Part shown: piece after piece, positions 1 through 11,329 of the stretch
Layout: every line of letters begins with the position of its first letter
Position numbering within the stretch: the stretch's first letter is position 1
Source: Leucoraja ocellata
Lineage: Eukaryota
DNA: 64,000 bases
Direction: 5' to 3'
Assembly: GCA_036785375.1 (NCBI GenBank)
Contig: JAWMAR010001748.1
Location: 62,001 to 126,000, forward strand
Program-made: the position numbers and the translations under genes
The notes under the pieces: generated by a model
The model's input: the letters and a program-made list of their open reading frames with translations, nothing else
The model's database searches: none
Told to the model about the DNA's origin: nothing

Positions 1-1960
1 GAACCCAAAGCAAAAAATAAAAATGCCAGTGCTGGTCCAAAAGTTCTATAGTCCCAGACACAAGGGACAACGTCTTCCAGAGGAAATAGCAGAGAGTATA
101 AATTACCTGCTTTCCCATCAATCACAAGATGCAACAATGGATGAAGTTATGAACAAATATGAAATCCCGCAGACCTGTGCTCTGCTTGGAGTGCCAGCTG
201 TTAACAAAGAAGTGTGGAAGTATATGGGCATTGTAGTAAGAGCTCAAGAAATTAGATTACAGCGGGAATTAAGATTGATTGGGTCAAATATTACAGCATT
301 TGTCAAAGATCTGGAAGAAGGAAATGTGACAATGGCACAACAGGATGTAATGGGAATGATGTGGAATGCACATTTTGAAATAAACTGTATTTGTAAAACT
401 GCGTTAAGACCTAACATACATCCTAAGTTTGCAGGGCTCTGTAAACCATCTAATATACAATTGCCAAATGTACTCATTGGAGAAGAGCTTGCCAAATAAC
501 TAAAGGTTCTCAACGAAGAATCAAAAACCATCGGGATGATGAAACCACCGATGTTTGCAGCACAGCTAGAAGGCAATATCCATACCGAAGGGGAACTGGT
601 GATTGAACAAGTCGCTCGGACTCACATACAAGATACGGACATACAACCCCAGGACGTGGAGGTCATGGTATTTCCACAAGGGGCAATGTACAAAAAGTGA
701 CACCAGTAAACTCTGACGTAGGTGGCTCTGGTTCTGAAAGAAACATATCAGATGTATCCTACTTACAAGTTGGGGGTAGGTTACAATTATTTATAAAAGA
801 ATGGAAACTAATAACATCTGATGCATATATACTGTGCAGAATTATGGGGTTTAGGATTTAATTTTACCAGAATTAAAATCCACCTACACAACATATTACA
901 AAAAGAATATATTCCTGCTCTAAAGAAGAGATGAGAAGAATTACAATAGAAATTGAGATTTGGAGTAAAAAAGGGGTAATAGAGAAAACAACTTATCAAA
1001 ACCATCACTTTGTATCTAGTATTTTCTCTAGAACAAAAAAGGATTGGGGGTACTAGAATCATTTTGGACCTCACAAGTCTTAACTCTTTTGTGCAGTATA
1101 AACATTTCAAAATGGAGACTTGTACTAATGCTTTGCAATTAATTTCAACAGAATGCTATATGGCAAGCATTGATCTCCAAGATGCACATAATTCTGTTGT
1201 GGTGCATGTGCAACATCGCAGATATTTGAAATGTGTCTGGATGTCTCAAATGTGGCAGTTTAAAGCCCCAGATTGTTTACAACACTGTTGAAGTCAATTT
1301 TAGCATTGTTAAGAACTCAAGGCCATTTGATAATGGCTTATTTGGATGACATTTTAATTGTGGGAGATACTGAAGCCATGACAGCAGCTTCTGTTTTAAA
1401 AAGTAAACCTCACATTTCAAAGAATGGGATTTGTCATTCATTCAGACATATCCAGACTGACACCTAACAAAATAATTGATTACTTGGGGTTCACTATTAA
1501 TTCAGAACACAAGACAGTGATCTTACCCAAGGACAAAAAGTTGCAAATGATTAAGGGTTGTAAGGAGTTAATTGCAGGCAAACAACCATCAATCAGTCAA
1601 GTAGCAAATCTAATTCGCAAGTTAATTGCTTCATTTCCAGCTGTTCAGTTTGGACCACTGCATTATCAGACAGCTGCAGTGCGCAAAGATATCAGTATTA
1701 GGAAGACATGCTGGACGTTACGATAGGCCTATACAACTAACTAACACAGCTATTGAGGATATAAAATGGTGGATTAAAAATGTGAATTACTCTTACAGGA
1801 AAATTCTGAATGAATCACACCCTACCATTTTATAAACAGATGCAAGTGCACTGGAATGGGGAGCTGCGGATGCCATCTCAAGCCGTGGAGGTAGATGGAA
1901 TGCAGAGGAAGAACCTTTGCTCGAGACATATGGCATAAATTATCTTTAATTACTTAGTGT
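1..1960 (+). mobile_element. Degraded DIRS-type retrotransposon fragment (gag-like ORF, RT, start of RNase H)
   Basis: gag-like 23-499; RIILDLTSLNSFV...SIDLQDA, YLDD and TDASALEWG motifs in broken frames. Confidence 0.85.
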
Positions 1961-2399
1961 ATTGGTTCACGATGCACGTCGATTTAAAAGTACTGATGTT
2001 CGAGGTGCACAATTTGCGGGTGAATTTGTTGATGTGAATCGGTGTACTGGTTCACGATGCCCGTCGATTTGCTACGGGTCCAGTCATTGCTACACTGGAT
2101 AGAATGATCATATCTGTGGGCTATAATAACATGTTTTGTTATGATTAGTCAAGCAGAGTAGACAGGGACACAGACCAAACTAGATGTTGCATATCCCATG
2201 GACCTTGGGTTGCGTGTGATCATGCATCTACACCAGTATGTCAAGGTCCCTAAGAGCATCATAGACTCTGACTAGCAATATTGTTAGTTACATTAAACCT
2301 CGTTAGAAGGAATCACTACGAACGTTCAGCAGTACGCCAATCCTCGGGGACTATTCCCGTAGTTCCAGATGGACTATTCCCGTACGGTTTGGGGCATGC

Positions 2400-4362
2400 T
2401 GCATGGGTGGCAGTGAGCCAGCAAATTCTATTTGGAACCCATCTATACTGTGCAGTCATAACAAGTCAGATGTTACCCACCACCACTCATGCAAAAAGAA
2501 ACGTAACCTCCCACCAACATGCGTTAGACCCACAACCCAAATGTTACATAGTGAACCAGACCCACCTACCTCTGTGTTAGTTGGATTCTGGATCGTTATT
2601 TCCTTCCCCGATGTTTGGGGATTTGAGGTGCTGGTATGCACCAGCTGCGCATCTTGGCTGTCGGCCGGTTCAGGCCATGTCCTAATAAAGACTTCCTGCC
2701 GGTTCTTTCAGTCCTCGAGCTGAAGGTGGTTCCCACAGACTGTCTAGTGCTGGTCGAGGCATACGGGTGCTGGCATTGAAACGATGACTGTCTGTTTGCT
2801 GGTGGAGTCCAAAGTAGCCCCACAGCCTTCGACTCGTCGTCCTGATCCTTCACCTGCCTGGATAGGTCTTCTCCAAACAGTAAATAGGGCGGCTGCACAT
2901 TACTGGACTTGTACAACCCTGCAAACTTGGGGTTGAGAACAGGACGAATGGCATTCTTGCAAAAGCAATTCATTTCAAATTGTGCATTACACAACAATGC
3001 CATTGCGTCCCGTTGAGCCTCAGATAATGCACAGTTGTCCACCGACCTGGCCACTGCTGTCCACCGACCTGGCCACTGCTGTCCACCGACCTGGCCACTG
3101 CTGTCCACAGACCTGGCCACTGCTGTCCACCGACCTGGCGACAGCTGTCCACCGACCTGGCCACAGCTGTCCACCGACCTGGCCACTGCTGTCCACCGAC
3201 CTGTCCACTGCTGTCCACCGACCTGGCCACAGCTGTCCACCGACCTGGCCACTGCTGTCCACAGACCTGGCCACAGCTGTCCACCGACCTGGCCACAGCT
3301 GTCCACCGACCTGGCCACAGCTGTCCACCGACCTGGCCACAGCTGTCCACCGACCTGGCCACAGCTGTCCACCGACCTGGCCACAGCTGTCTACCGACCT
3401 GGCCACTGCTGTCCACCGACCTGGCCACTGCTGTCCACCCCGATGCCAGCAGGTTCAGGATTCTCTGTAATTTGACCTCTTGGGCCAATGTAGCTCCAGA
3501 TGGAACTGTTCACCGCCGGTACCTTGAGGGAGGCACAGTTGCTGGGCGCATGGTACCTCATGGCTGTCTCCATCATCACCTGCTGTTGAAGCTGGTGGCA
3601 AGCAAGGTAATTAATGCTGGCCGCCAGCTCTTCATCCAGCGGCTCCCCAACCAGCGACGACATTGCAAACTTGGAGACCATGGTTGGCACATGCACATCT
3701 CGCGGGTCCCTTATCGAACGTTCTCCCCGCATCTCAGTGCAATGCGAGTCCGCCCAGGACTGGTGGTCTACACTCCCATCCTTGGATGGGGAGACATAAT
3801 GCAGCCCTGCACCAGGCGCTGCTGTGGGCCCCCGAGATCCGCTGTGATATGACTCCCGACCGAGGAGCATATCATGTTGGAGTATCTTCTCCATAAGATG
3901 CTCCACTCGGGAAAGGCGTCCGTCAATGCTCCCCGTAGGAGGAGGCGAACCCTCCCGGCCGGACTCATCCGAGTCAATCGGCCTGTTGGACTTGTCCTTC
4001 CCGACCCACAGGGTAGCCACAGTGCTCTCCATGGGCACCGAGCCCGAATTCGCTGGCTGCGCTGTCAGCGACTGCGATGGTGAAACGGAATGCCGCCCGC
4101 TGACCGCACTACTGCGGTCTTCCGAAGCGGTTCTCCTTGCGAGATTTCACCCTCGCCTTATCCATGGTGTTCCTGCTGTAACAAGACAGAAGACAAAACG
4201 ACCACAGACTAAGTTCAAGAACTTACCTGGAGGTCTTTTGAAACTTACCGCTGGTGAAGCGACACGCTTGCCAGCCAGTCAGAGCGCCATGCGTTAGACA
4301 GAATGACGTGCATGCGGGCTGACGGGGTCTTCACGTATTCATTCACGTGACCCCAAAGTAAA
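2400..4362 (-). mobile_element. DIRS-type retrotransposon 5' part (left terminus, gag, RT start)
   Basis: gag similar to ORF 23-499 (SINYL, VPAVN, AQEVKLQR, NPKFAGL); EVGGSGS...GGRL RT start; terminal sequence matches the ICR at about 53977-54010. Confidence 0.82.
3030..3440. repeat. 22-bp minisatellite (CCACCGACCTGGCCACWGCTGT), about 18 copies
   Basis: Visible periodicity; 22-aa periodic translation in all frames. Confidence 0.95.
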
Positions 4363-5105
4363 ATGGGGATAAATATGAGGTTATCCACTTTGGTAGCAAA
4401 AACAGGAAGTACAACGGGATTGGGGGTCCTTGTTCCTCAGTCAATTAAAGTAAGCATGCAGGTACAGCAGGCAGTGAAGAAAGCGAATGGCATGTTGGCC
4501 TTCATAACAAAAGGAGTTGAGTATAGGAGCAAACAGGTCCTTCTGCAGTTGTACAGAGCCCTAGTGAGATTACACCTGGAGTATTGTGTGCAGTTTTGGT
4601 CCCCTAATTTGAGGAAGAACATTCTTGCTATTGAGGGAGTGCAACATAGGTTTACAAGGTTAATTCCCGGGATGGCACTGTGATATACTGAGAGAATGGA
4701 GCAGCTGGGCTTGTACACTCTGGAATTTAGAAGGATGAGAGGGGATCTTATTGAAACCCTGAATAATCTTATCAGATTATTACAGGTTTGGACACGTGAG
4801 AGGCAGGAAACATGTTCCCGATGTTGGGGGAGTCCAGAACCAGGGGCCACAGTTTAAGAATAAGGGGTAAGCCATTTAGAACGGAGATGAGGAAACACTT
4901 TTTCACACAGAGAGTTGTGAGTCTGTGGAATTCTCTGCCTCAGTGGGCAATTAAGAGAGAGCTTGATAGGGCTCTTAAAGATAGTGGTTGGGTGATATGG
5001 GGAGAAGGCAGGAACTGATTGGGGATGATCAGCCATGATCACGTTGAACAGCGGTGCTGGCTTGAGGGCCGAATGGCCTACTCCTGCACCTATTGTCTAT
5101 TGTGT
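4363..5105 (+). mobile_element. CR1 LINE 3' fragment
   Basis: [17 protein letters not shown]-terminal ORF2 motif; 3' UTR ending in CTATTGT repeats. Confidence 0.9.
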
Positions 5106-5164
5106 CCATTTATTCCACAGATGATGCCTGACCCACCAATTACTCCAGCACTGTTGTTCCTGAT

Positions 5165-7612
5165 ATAGTGGTGGTCAGAGGATCTGGGGTGACGGAGGAA
5201 CTGAAGAAAATCCACATTAGGCAGGAAATGGTGTTGGATAGACTGATGGGACTGAAGGGTGATAAATCCCCAGGGCCTGATGGTCTGCATCCCAGGGTAC
5301 TTAAAGAAGTGGCTCTAGAAATCGTGGATGCATTGGTGATCATTTTCCAATGTTCTATAGACTCGGGATCAGTTCTTGTGGATTGGAGGGTAGCTAACGT
5401 TATCCCACTTTTTAAGAAAGGCGGGAGAGAGAAAACGGGGAATTACAGACCAGTTAGCCTGACACCGGTGGTGGGGAAGATGCTGGAGTCAATTATAGAA
5501 GATTGGATCGCAGAAACAGGCTCGGTCCTAGTCAGCATGTGGGGAAATCATGCTTGACTAATCTTCTGGACATTTTTGAAGATGTAACTAGGAAAATGGA
5601 CAAGGGAGAGCCAGTGGATGTAGTGTACCTGGACTTTCAGAAAGCATTTGATAAGGTCCAACATAGGAGATTAGTGGGCAAAATTAGGGCCCATGGTATT
5701 GGGGGTAGAGTGCTGACATGGATAGATAAGTGGTTGGCAGACAGGAAACAAAGAGTAAGGGTTAGCAGGTCCCTTTCAGAATGGCAGGCAGTGACTAGTG
5801 GGGTACCGCAAGGCTCAGTGCTGGGACCGCAGCTATTTACAATATACATCAATGATTTGGATGAAGGGATTCAAAGCAAATTAGCAAATTTGCAGATGAG
5901 ACAATACAATACAATACAATACAATACAATACAATACAATACAAATTTATTATCATTTGAGCCCCAGTGAGACTCAAACGAAATGTTGTTTCCACAGCCA
6001 TACAAACAAAGACACTGTCTTACAGACATACACATAATTAAATTCACACAAACATCCATCACAGTGAAGCCACTGTGATGGAAGGCAAGTCTTTTCTCTC
6101 CCCTGTTCTCCGTGTCTCTCCCGATGTCCAAGCCCCAGGCGGGCGATGATGAGTCCCACGGCCATTTTAGGCCGCGCGGGGCGATTTACGGCCCCGCTCC
6201 CGGTCTGAAAGTCCAAGGTTGGAACCCCCACGGGCGATGGTGAGTCCCACGGCCATGCAGCCGCGCCGGGTGATGTTCTATCCCGGTCCGGGTTGTTCCA
6301 ACCCCGCGACACGGGCTGGAGAAGTCGCGTTGCGGGAGCTCCGGGAAGCGGTCTCTCTCTCTCCTCCCAGACCCGCGAGCTCCCGATGTCCCGGTCCACC
6401 GGACCTGCGGCTGCGTTGCTGGAGCCTCCGAGCCCCAGGAGTCGAGTCGCAGCAGCGAGTCACCACCGCTCCCCCACGCTCCGAGGCCGGCCAGCCCCAC
6501 GATGGTGAGTCCGCAGATCCGCAGCTCCGCAGCTCCGCAATCTCCCGAGCCCCCGGGTCGTTCAGGCTGGAGGCCGCTCCACGGTGCTAGGCCCCAACGA
6601 CAGCCGAGACCCGACAGGGAAAAAGTCGGGTCTCCCGGACAGGGAAGAGATTTAAAACAGTTTCCCCCTCCCCCCCCCCCCGCCCCCCACATTTACACAT
6701 TTAAAAATACTATTAAAAAACACCAAAACTACATTTAACTAGACAAAAAATAAAAAAAAGACAGACAGGCTGTAGGGGCTGCTGCAACGGGTGAGTCGCG
6801 CCGCCAACAAAGCTGGGTGGCAGTGTGAACTGTGAGGAGGATGCTATGAGAATGCTGGGTGACTTGGAAAGGTTAGGGGAGTGGGCAGATGCATGGCAGA
6901 TGAAGTTTAATGCGGGTAAATGTGAGGTTACCCACTTTAGTAGCAAAACCAAGAAGGCAAACTATCTAAATGGCATCAAGATGGGAAAAGGGGAAGTACA
7001 ATGAGGAGTAAAGAGGTCCTTCTGCAGTTGCACAGAGCCCTAGTGAGACCACACCTGGAGTATTGAGTGCAGTTTTGGTCCCCTAATTTGAGGAGGGACT
7101 TTCTTGCTATTGAGGGCTTGCAGCGGAGGTTTACAAGGTTAATTCCCGGGATGGCGGGGCTGTCATATACTGAAAGAATTGAGCAGCTGGGCTTGTACAC
7201 TCTGGAGTTTAGAAGGATGAGAGGGTATCTCATTGAAACATGTAAGATTGTTAAGGGTTTGGACAAGCTTGAGGCAGGAAACATGTTCCCGATGTTGGGG
7301 GAGTCCAGAACCAGGGCACACAATTTAAGAATAAGGGGTAAGCCATTTAGAACGGAGACGATGAAACACTTTTTCTCACTGAGAGTTGTGAGTCTGTGGA
7401 ATTCTCTGCCTCAGAGAGCGGTGGAGGCAGGTTCTCTAGATGCTTTCAAGAGAGAGCAGGGTAAGGTTCTTAAAAATAGAGGAGTCAGGGGATATGGGGG
7501 AGAAGGCAGGAACAGGGTACTGATTGGGGATGATCAGCCATGATCACATTGAATGGCAGTGCTGGCTCGACGGACTGAATGGCCGATTCCTGCACCTATT
7601 GTTTATTGTCTT
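5165..7612 (+). mobile_element. CR1 LINE RT fragment interrupted at 5905-6806
   Basis: [16 protein letters not shown] and [10 protein letters not shown] motifs; sequence resumes (ACAAAGCTGGG) after the insert. Confidence 0.9.
5905..6806 (-). mobile_element. Unclassified GC-rich SINE-like retroelement with (TATTG)n tail
   Basis: Interrupts CR1 at the FADD-TKLG codons; ACAA at both junctions; homologous core at 8200-8400 and 10590-10750. Confidence 0.7.
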
Positions 7613-7689
7613 TGTACAAGATTCCAGAACCCTGAATTGAAAGAATCTCGAATGAAATATGTTAGGAAATACCTAATGCCAATTAGGAA

Positions 7690-7866
7690 ATACCAATTAA
7701 ACTATAAATCTGGATATCTTTGGAGTATGGGAGGACCTCAGAACATATGTGGAAAACACACTTGGTCACAGGAAGAGTATTCAAACTCTGTACGGATAAC
7801 ACATGGTGTCAGTTTCAAACCCAGGTATCTGGTGCTGTGAGGCAGCAACTCTACCACTGTGCTGCC
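7690..7866 (-). mobile_element. tRNA-derived V-SINE/HE1-like SINE
   Basis: 5' GGCAGCACAGTGGTAGAG...GGGTTTGAAAC A/B-box-like head and V-SINE-like core; related copy at about 42330-42570. Confidence 0.65.
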
Positions 7867-8039
7867 CAATCTTTCCACAAACACTGAAACCCAAGAGAGG
7901 GTTATAAAACAGCGGCCTTACCTTAACGTCATCTCCATAAAGACTAGATCCTGAGACAATAGACAATAGGTGCAGGAGTAGGCCATTCGGCCCTTCGAGC
8001 CAGCACCGCCATTCACTGTGATCATGGCTAATCATCCAC

Positions 8040-8400
8040 AACGGCAAACTTTGACCGCCCGAATCGAGGGGTATAAATCGACCCGGAGCGGGGCCTTACA
8101 TCACCTGGCGCGGCTTAAACAGCCGCAGGACTTACCATTACCCACCGGGGCCTCTAACATCAAGAGCCTCGACCAGCTCGATGCAGCAGTTTGACTGCTT
8201 GACTGTGGGCAAGAGATAAGACTTTTGCCTTCCATCACAGTGAGGAGGTATTTGGAAATTCACTGTGATGGATGTTTGTGTGGAATTGTGTTAATTGTGT
8301 GTTTTGGTTTTTTTGTTGTTATGACTGCAGGAAAGTAATTTTGTTTGAACCTATGTTTCAATGACAATAAACAGCATTCTGATTCTCTGATGCTGATTCA
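8040..8400 (+). mobile_element. SINE-like element related to 5905-6806, (ATTCTG)n-like tail
   Basis: Shared TTGCCTTCCATCACAGTG...CACTGTGATGGATGTTTGTG core; ATGACAATAAA before the tail. Confidence 0.6.
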
Positions 8401-8711
8401 GACTGATGTATTTGGGAGAAAGCTGGAAAGAGACGAGAGCAGGACAGAGCCTGGTGAGTGATTCTGGATACAGTTGGGGGCTGATTAGCAGATTGTGGAG
8501 TACTGACAAAGGCTAGAGGTGAAGAGGAGACGAGTGTCAAACAAGGGGAAGAGAGGTGTCATGCAAAGCCAGGGGGAAGGATCGGGGAAAGAGGGGAATG
8601 TGGGACAGGGATGAGTATACAGAGGAGGGGAAGGGGTAGGGAGACCGTTGAGTGAGGTGCACACCAGGGTGGGGAGTGCAGGGAAAGAGGGAAACCCCCT
8701 TAATCAAGACA

Positions 8712-9325
8712 CTTATTGAGTATAGAAGCTGGGATGTAATGTTAAAATTGTACAAGGCATTGGTGAGACCAAATCTGGAGTATGGTGTACAATTTTGGTC
8801 GCCCAATTATAGGAAGGATGTCAACAAAATAGAGAGAGTACAGAGGAGATTTACTAGAATGTTGCCTGGGTTTCAACAACTAAGTTACAGAGATAGGTTG
8901 AATAAGTTAGGTCTTTATTCTCTGGAGCGCAGAAGGTTAAGGGGGGACTTGATAGAGGTCTTTAAAATGATGAGAGGGATAGACAGAGTTGATGTGGCAA
9001 GCTTTTCCCTTTGAGAATAGGGAAGATTCAAACAAGAGGACATGACTTCAGAATTAAGGGACAGAAGTTTAGGGGTAACATGAGGGGCAACTTCTTTACC
9101 CAGAGAGTGGTAGCGGTGTGGAATGAGCTTCCAGTGGAAGTGGTGGAGGCAGGTTTGTTGGTATCATTTAAAAATAAATTGGATAGGCATATGGATGAGA
9201 AGGGAATGGAGGGTTATGGTATGAGTGCAGGTAGGTGGGACTAAGGGAAAAAAGTTGTTCGGCACGGACTTGTAGGGCCGAGATGGCCTATTTCCGTGCT
9301 GTAATTGTTATATGGTTATATGTTA
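8712..9325 (+). mobile_element. CR1 LINE 3' fragment (TTATATGG-tail subfamily)
   Basis: Nearly identical to 29530-30140. Confidence 0.92.
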
Positions 9326-11329
9326 TATTCCCATCTCCAAATCTCATTTCCTTTTATCCCCTCCCGTCCCCTTACACCTGAAAACCTCCTTCCATTCAAA
9401 ACCGACGCTAGGGTCGGGTGATCGGGCGTAGGGAAGGATAGTGGGATATATCTCCACTTTTTTCACTTTTTCGTTGGTTCAGAGGTTTTTCTTTTTTATC
9501 TCTCGTGTCTTTTACAAAATTCTTTCTTTTCTTTTTCTTTTCTTCTTCCTTTCTTTTCATTTTTCTTTTTTCCGATTTAGTTTTTAGTTCATAAAATGTT
9601 AAAATTGAAGCTTACGAACATTTTATAATTGTTATGTCGATGACTTTCTCCTTGTACAATTGCTTCTAATAAAATAAATATTAAAATAAAAAGCAGAGAT
9701 TCCAGTCTTTGGAGATCCTTCGTGGAAATGAACACAATTTGGTCACACCTTCAGAAAAGAGCAGAGGGGAGAGGAGATGTATTCTGGCAACACTGACACA
9801 AACATACTAAACCAAATAGATTTAGACCTCTTCCAAAAAAAAAAACAGTATGGTGAATGGAATGCAGGATTACTTAATTTGTATTGACACTTAAAACAAG
9901 TGTCATGAACACTAAACTACTTTCACTGCAACAGGAACCAACTAGGATTACTTTAGGGAATATAAAGAAGTCTACAAAGAATGCTGGATGTACTCAGTTG
10001 GTCAGGCACCATCTGCCTGACAGATGTTTCAGGTTGGGATCCTTCAGACTGAGAGAGTAGTGGAGAAATCTGGAAAGATGTGGGAGCAGGACAAAAGCTG
10101 GCAAGTGATGTGGATAGACACAAATGCTGGAGTAATTCAGTGAGACGGGCAGCATCTTGGGAGAGAAGGAAAGGGTGATGTTTCAGGTAGAGGCTGTCCT
10201 TCAGACAACAAATACAAGCAATTGGCACTTGGTGGAGCAATGACAAAGGCGAGAGGTGAAGAGGAGACAAAAGGTTTAGATGAGGAGAGAGAGATGTGAA
10301 GCTGGAGGGCGGGATATGGGTTGAAGGGTAAAGAGGCAAAGATGAATGTCAGGGATGGGAGATGAGTGTGGAAAGTGGGGAAGGTGCAGGGTGAATGGGT
10401 GATGCGGGGAAAGGGAGAGTCCCCAGTACATTCATCCCTTTTCCCCATCCTATCCCATTGCACTCATATTCCTTCTACCAGGTTTACAGTTCACACCTTG
10501 CTTTCTCCTTCTGAGATGTTCATAAATCATAGCGGCGACGACAGAGGGTTCATGGCCCCGACCACGGATGAACAAAGGAGGAGGACTGACTGAACCTTGT
10601 TGCCTTTCGCCACAGTGAAGAATGCTGTGCTGGATGTTTTGTGTTAAATTCTATTGCGTATTGTGTGTTCTTTTTAAGTGTATCGCTGCTGGCAAATTCA
10701 TTTCACTGCACCTTTGGGTGCATGTAACGAATACAATTGACTTTGACCTTTACACCTTTAGCCTTTGTCACTTACTGATTCAATTATTTTTTGTCACATG
10801 TACCATGTGAAACAATGAAATGCTTTGTTTTGCATAAAACCTGGTAAAATCACGTGGCTGACCTCAACTGGGCAGTACACGATGTTTTGGTGTTCCACCC
10901 ATCTGGCAATTTCCTCTCCCCCCCCCCACCTGCATCCAGCCATCACTTGCTAGACTATTGCCCCACCTCACATTTCCAGCTTTCTCCCTTTACTCCATCA
11001 TGCTGAAGGCTTCTGACCTGATACTTCATTGGTCCATTCCTTCCAGATGTTGCCTGACCCACTGGTTTACTCCAGCAGACTTTTTTCTCCCTCAAGATTC
11101 CAGCACCGTGAATTCTAGTATTTTAAACCAAGAATAGTCAGGAAAATACTTTCTCCTCCAAACATTTATTGGTCTGAAACCAGAGGTGGTTCTAAACAGT
11201 TCCTTACCTGCATCCCATCTCCATACAGTTCAGGTCCTGACAGATTGACAAAGTCAGACAATTCAAATTAATACACCACTAATGATTCAAAATCTCCCAC
11301 CATCTTCATCCCACCCTTAATCTCACAGC

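Noticed and set aside
2970-3488. Periodic ORFs; superficially CRISPR-like array
   Set aside because: Head-to-tail 22-bp tandem repeat with no unique spacers, in vertebrate DNA.
6055-6082. CACAGTG/CACTGTG as functional RSS or signal joint
   Set aside because: No nonamer at 12 or 23 nt on either side, and the orientation is not that of a signal joint; part of a repeat hairpin.
5974-6738. Several GC-rich ORFs as a host gene
   Set aside because: All lie within a SINE-like insertion; no recognisable domain.
9330-9695. Possible L1/Tx1-like 3' end with A-rich tail
   Set aside because: No coding remnant or TSD to support a call.
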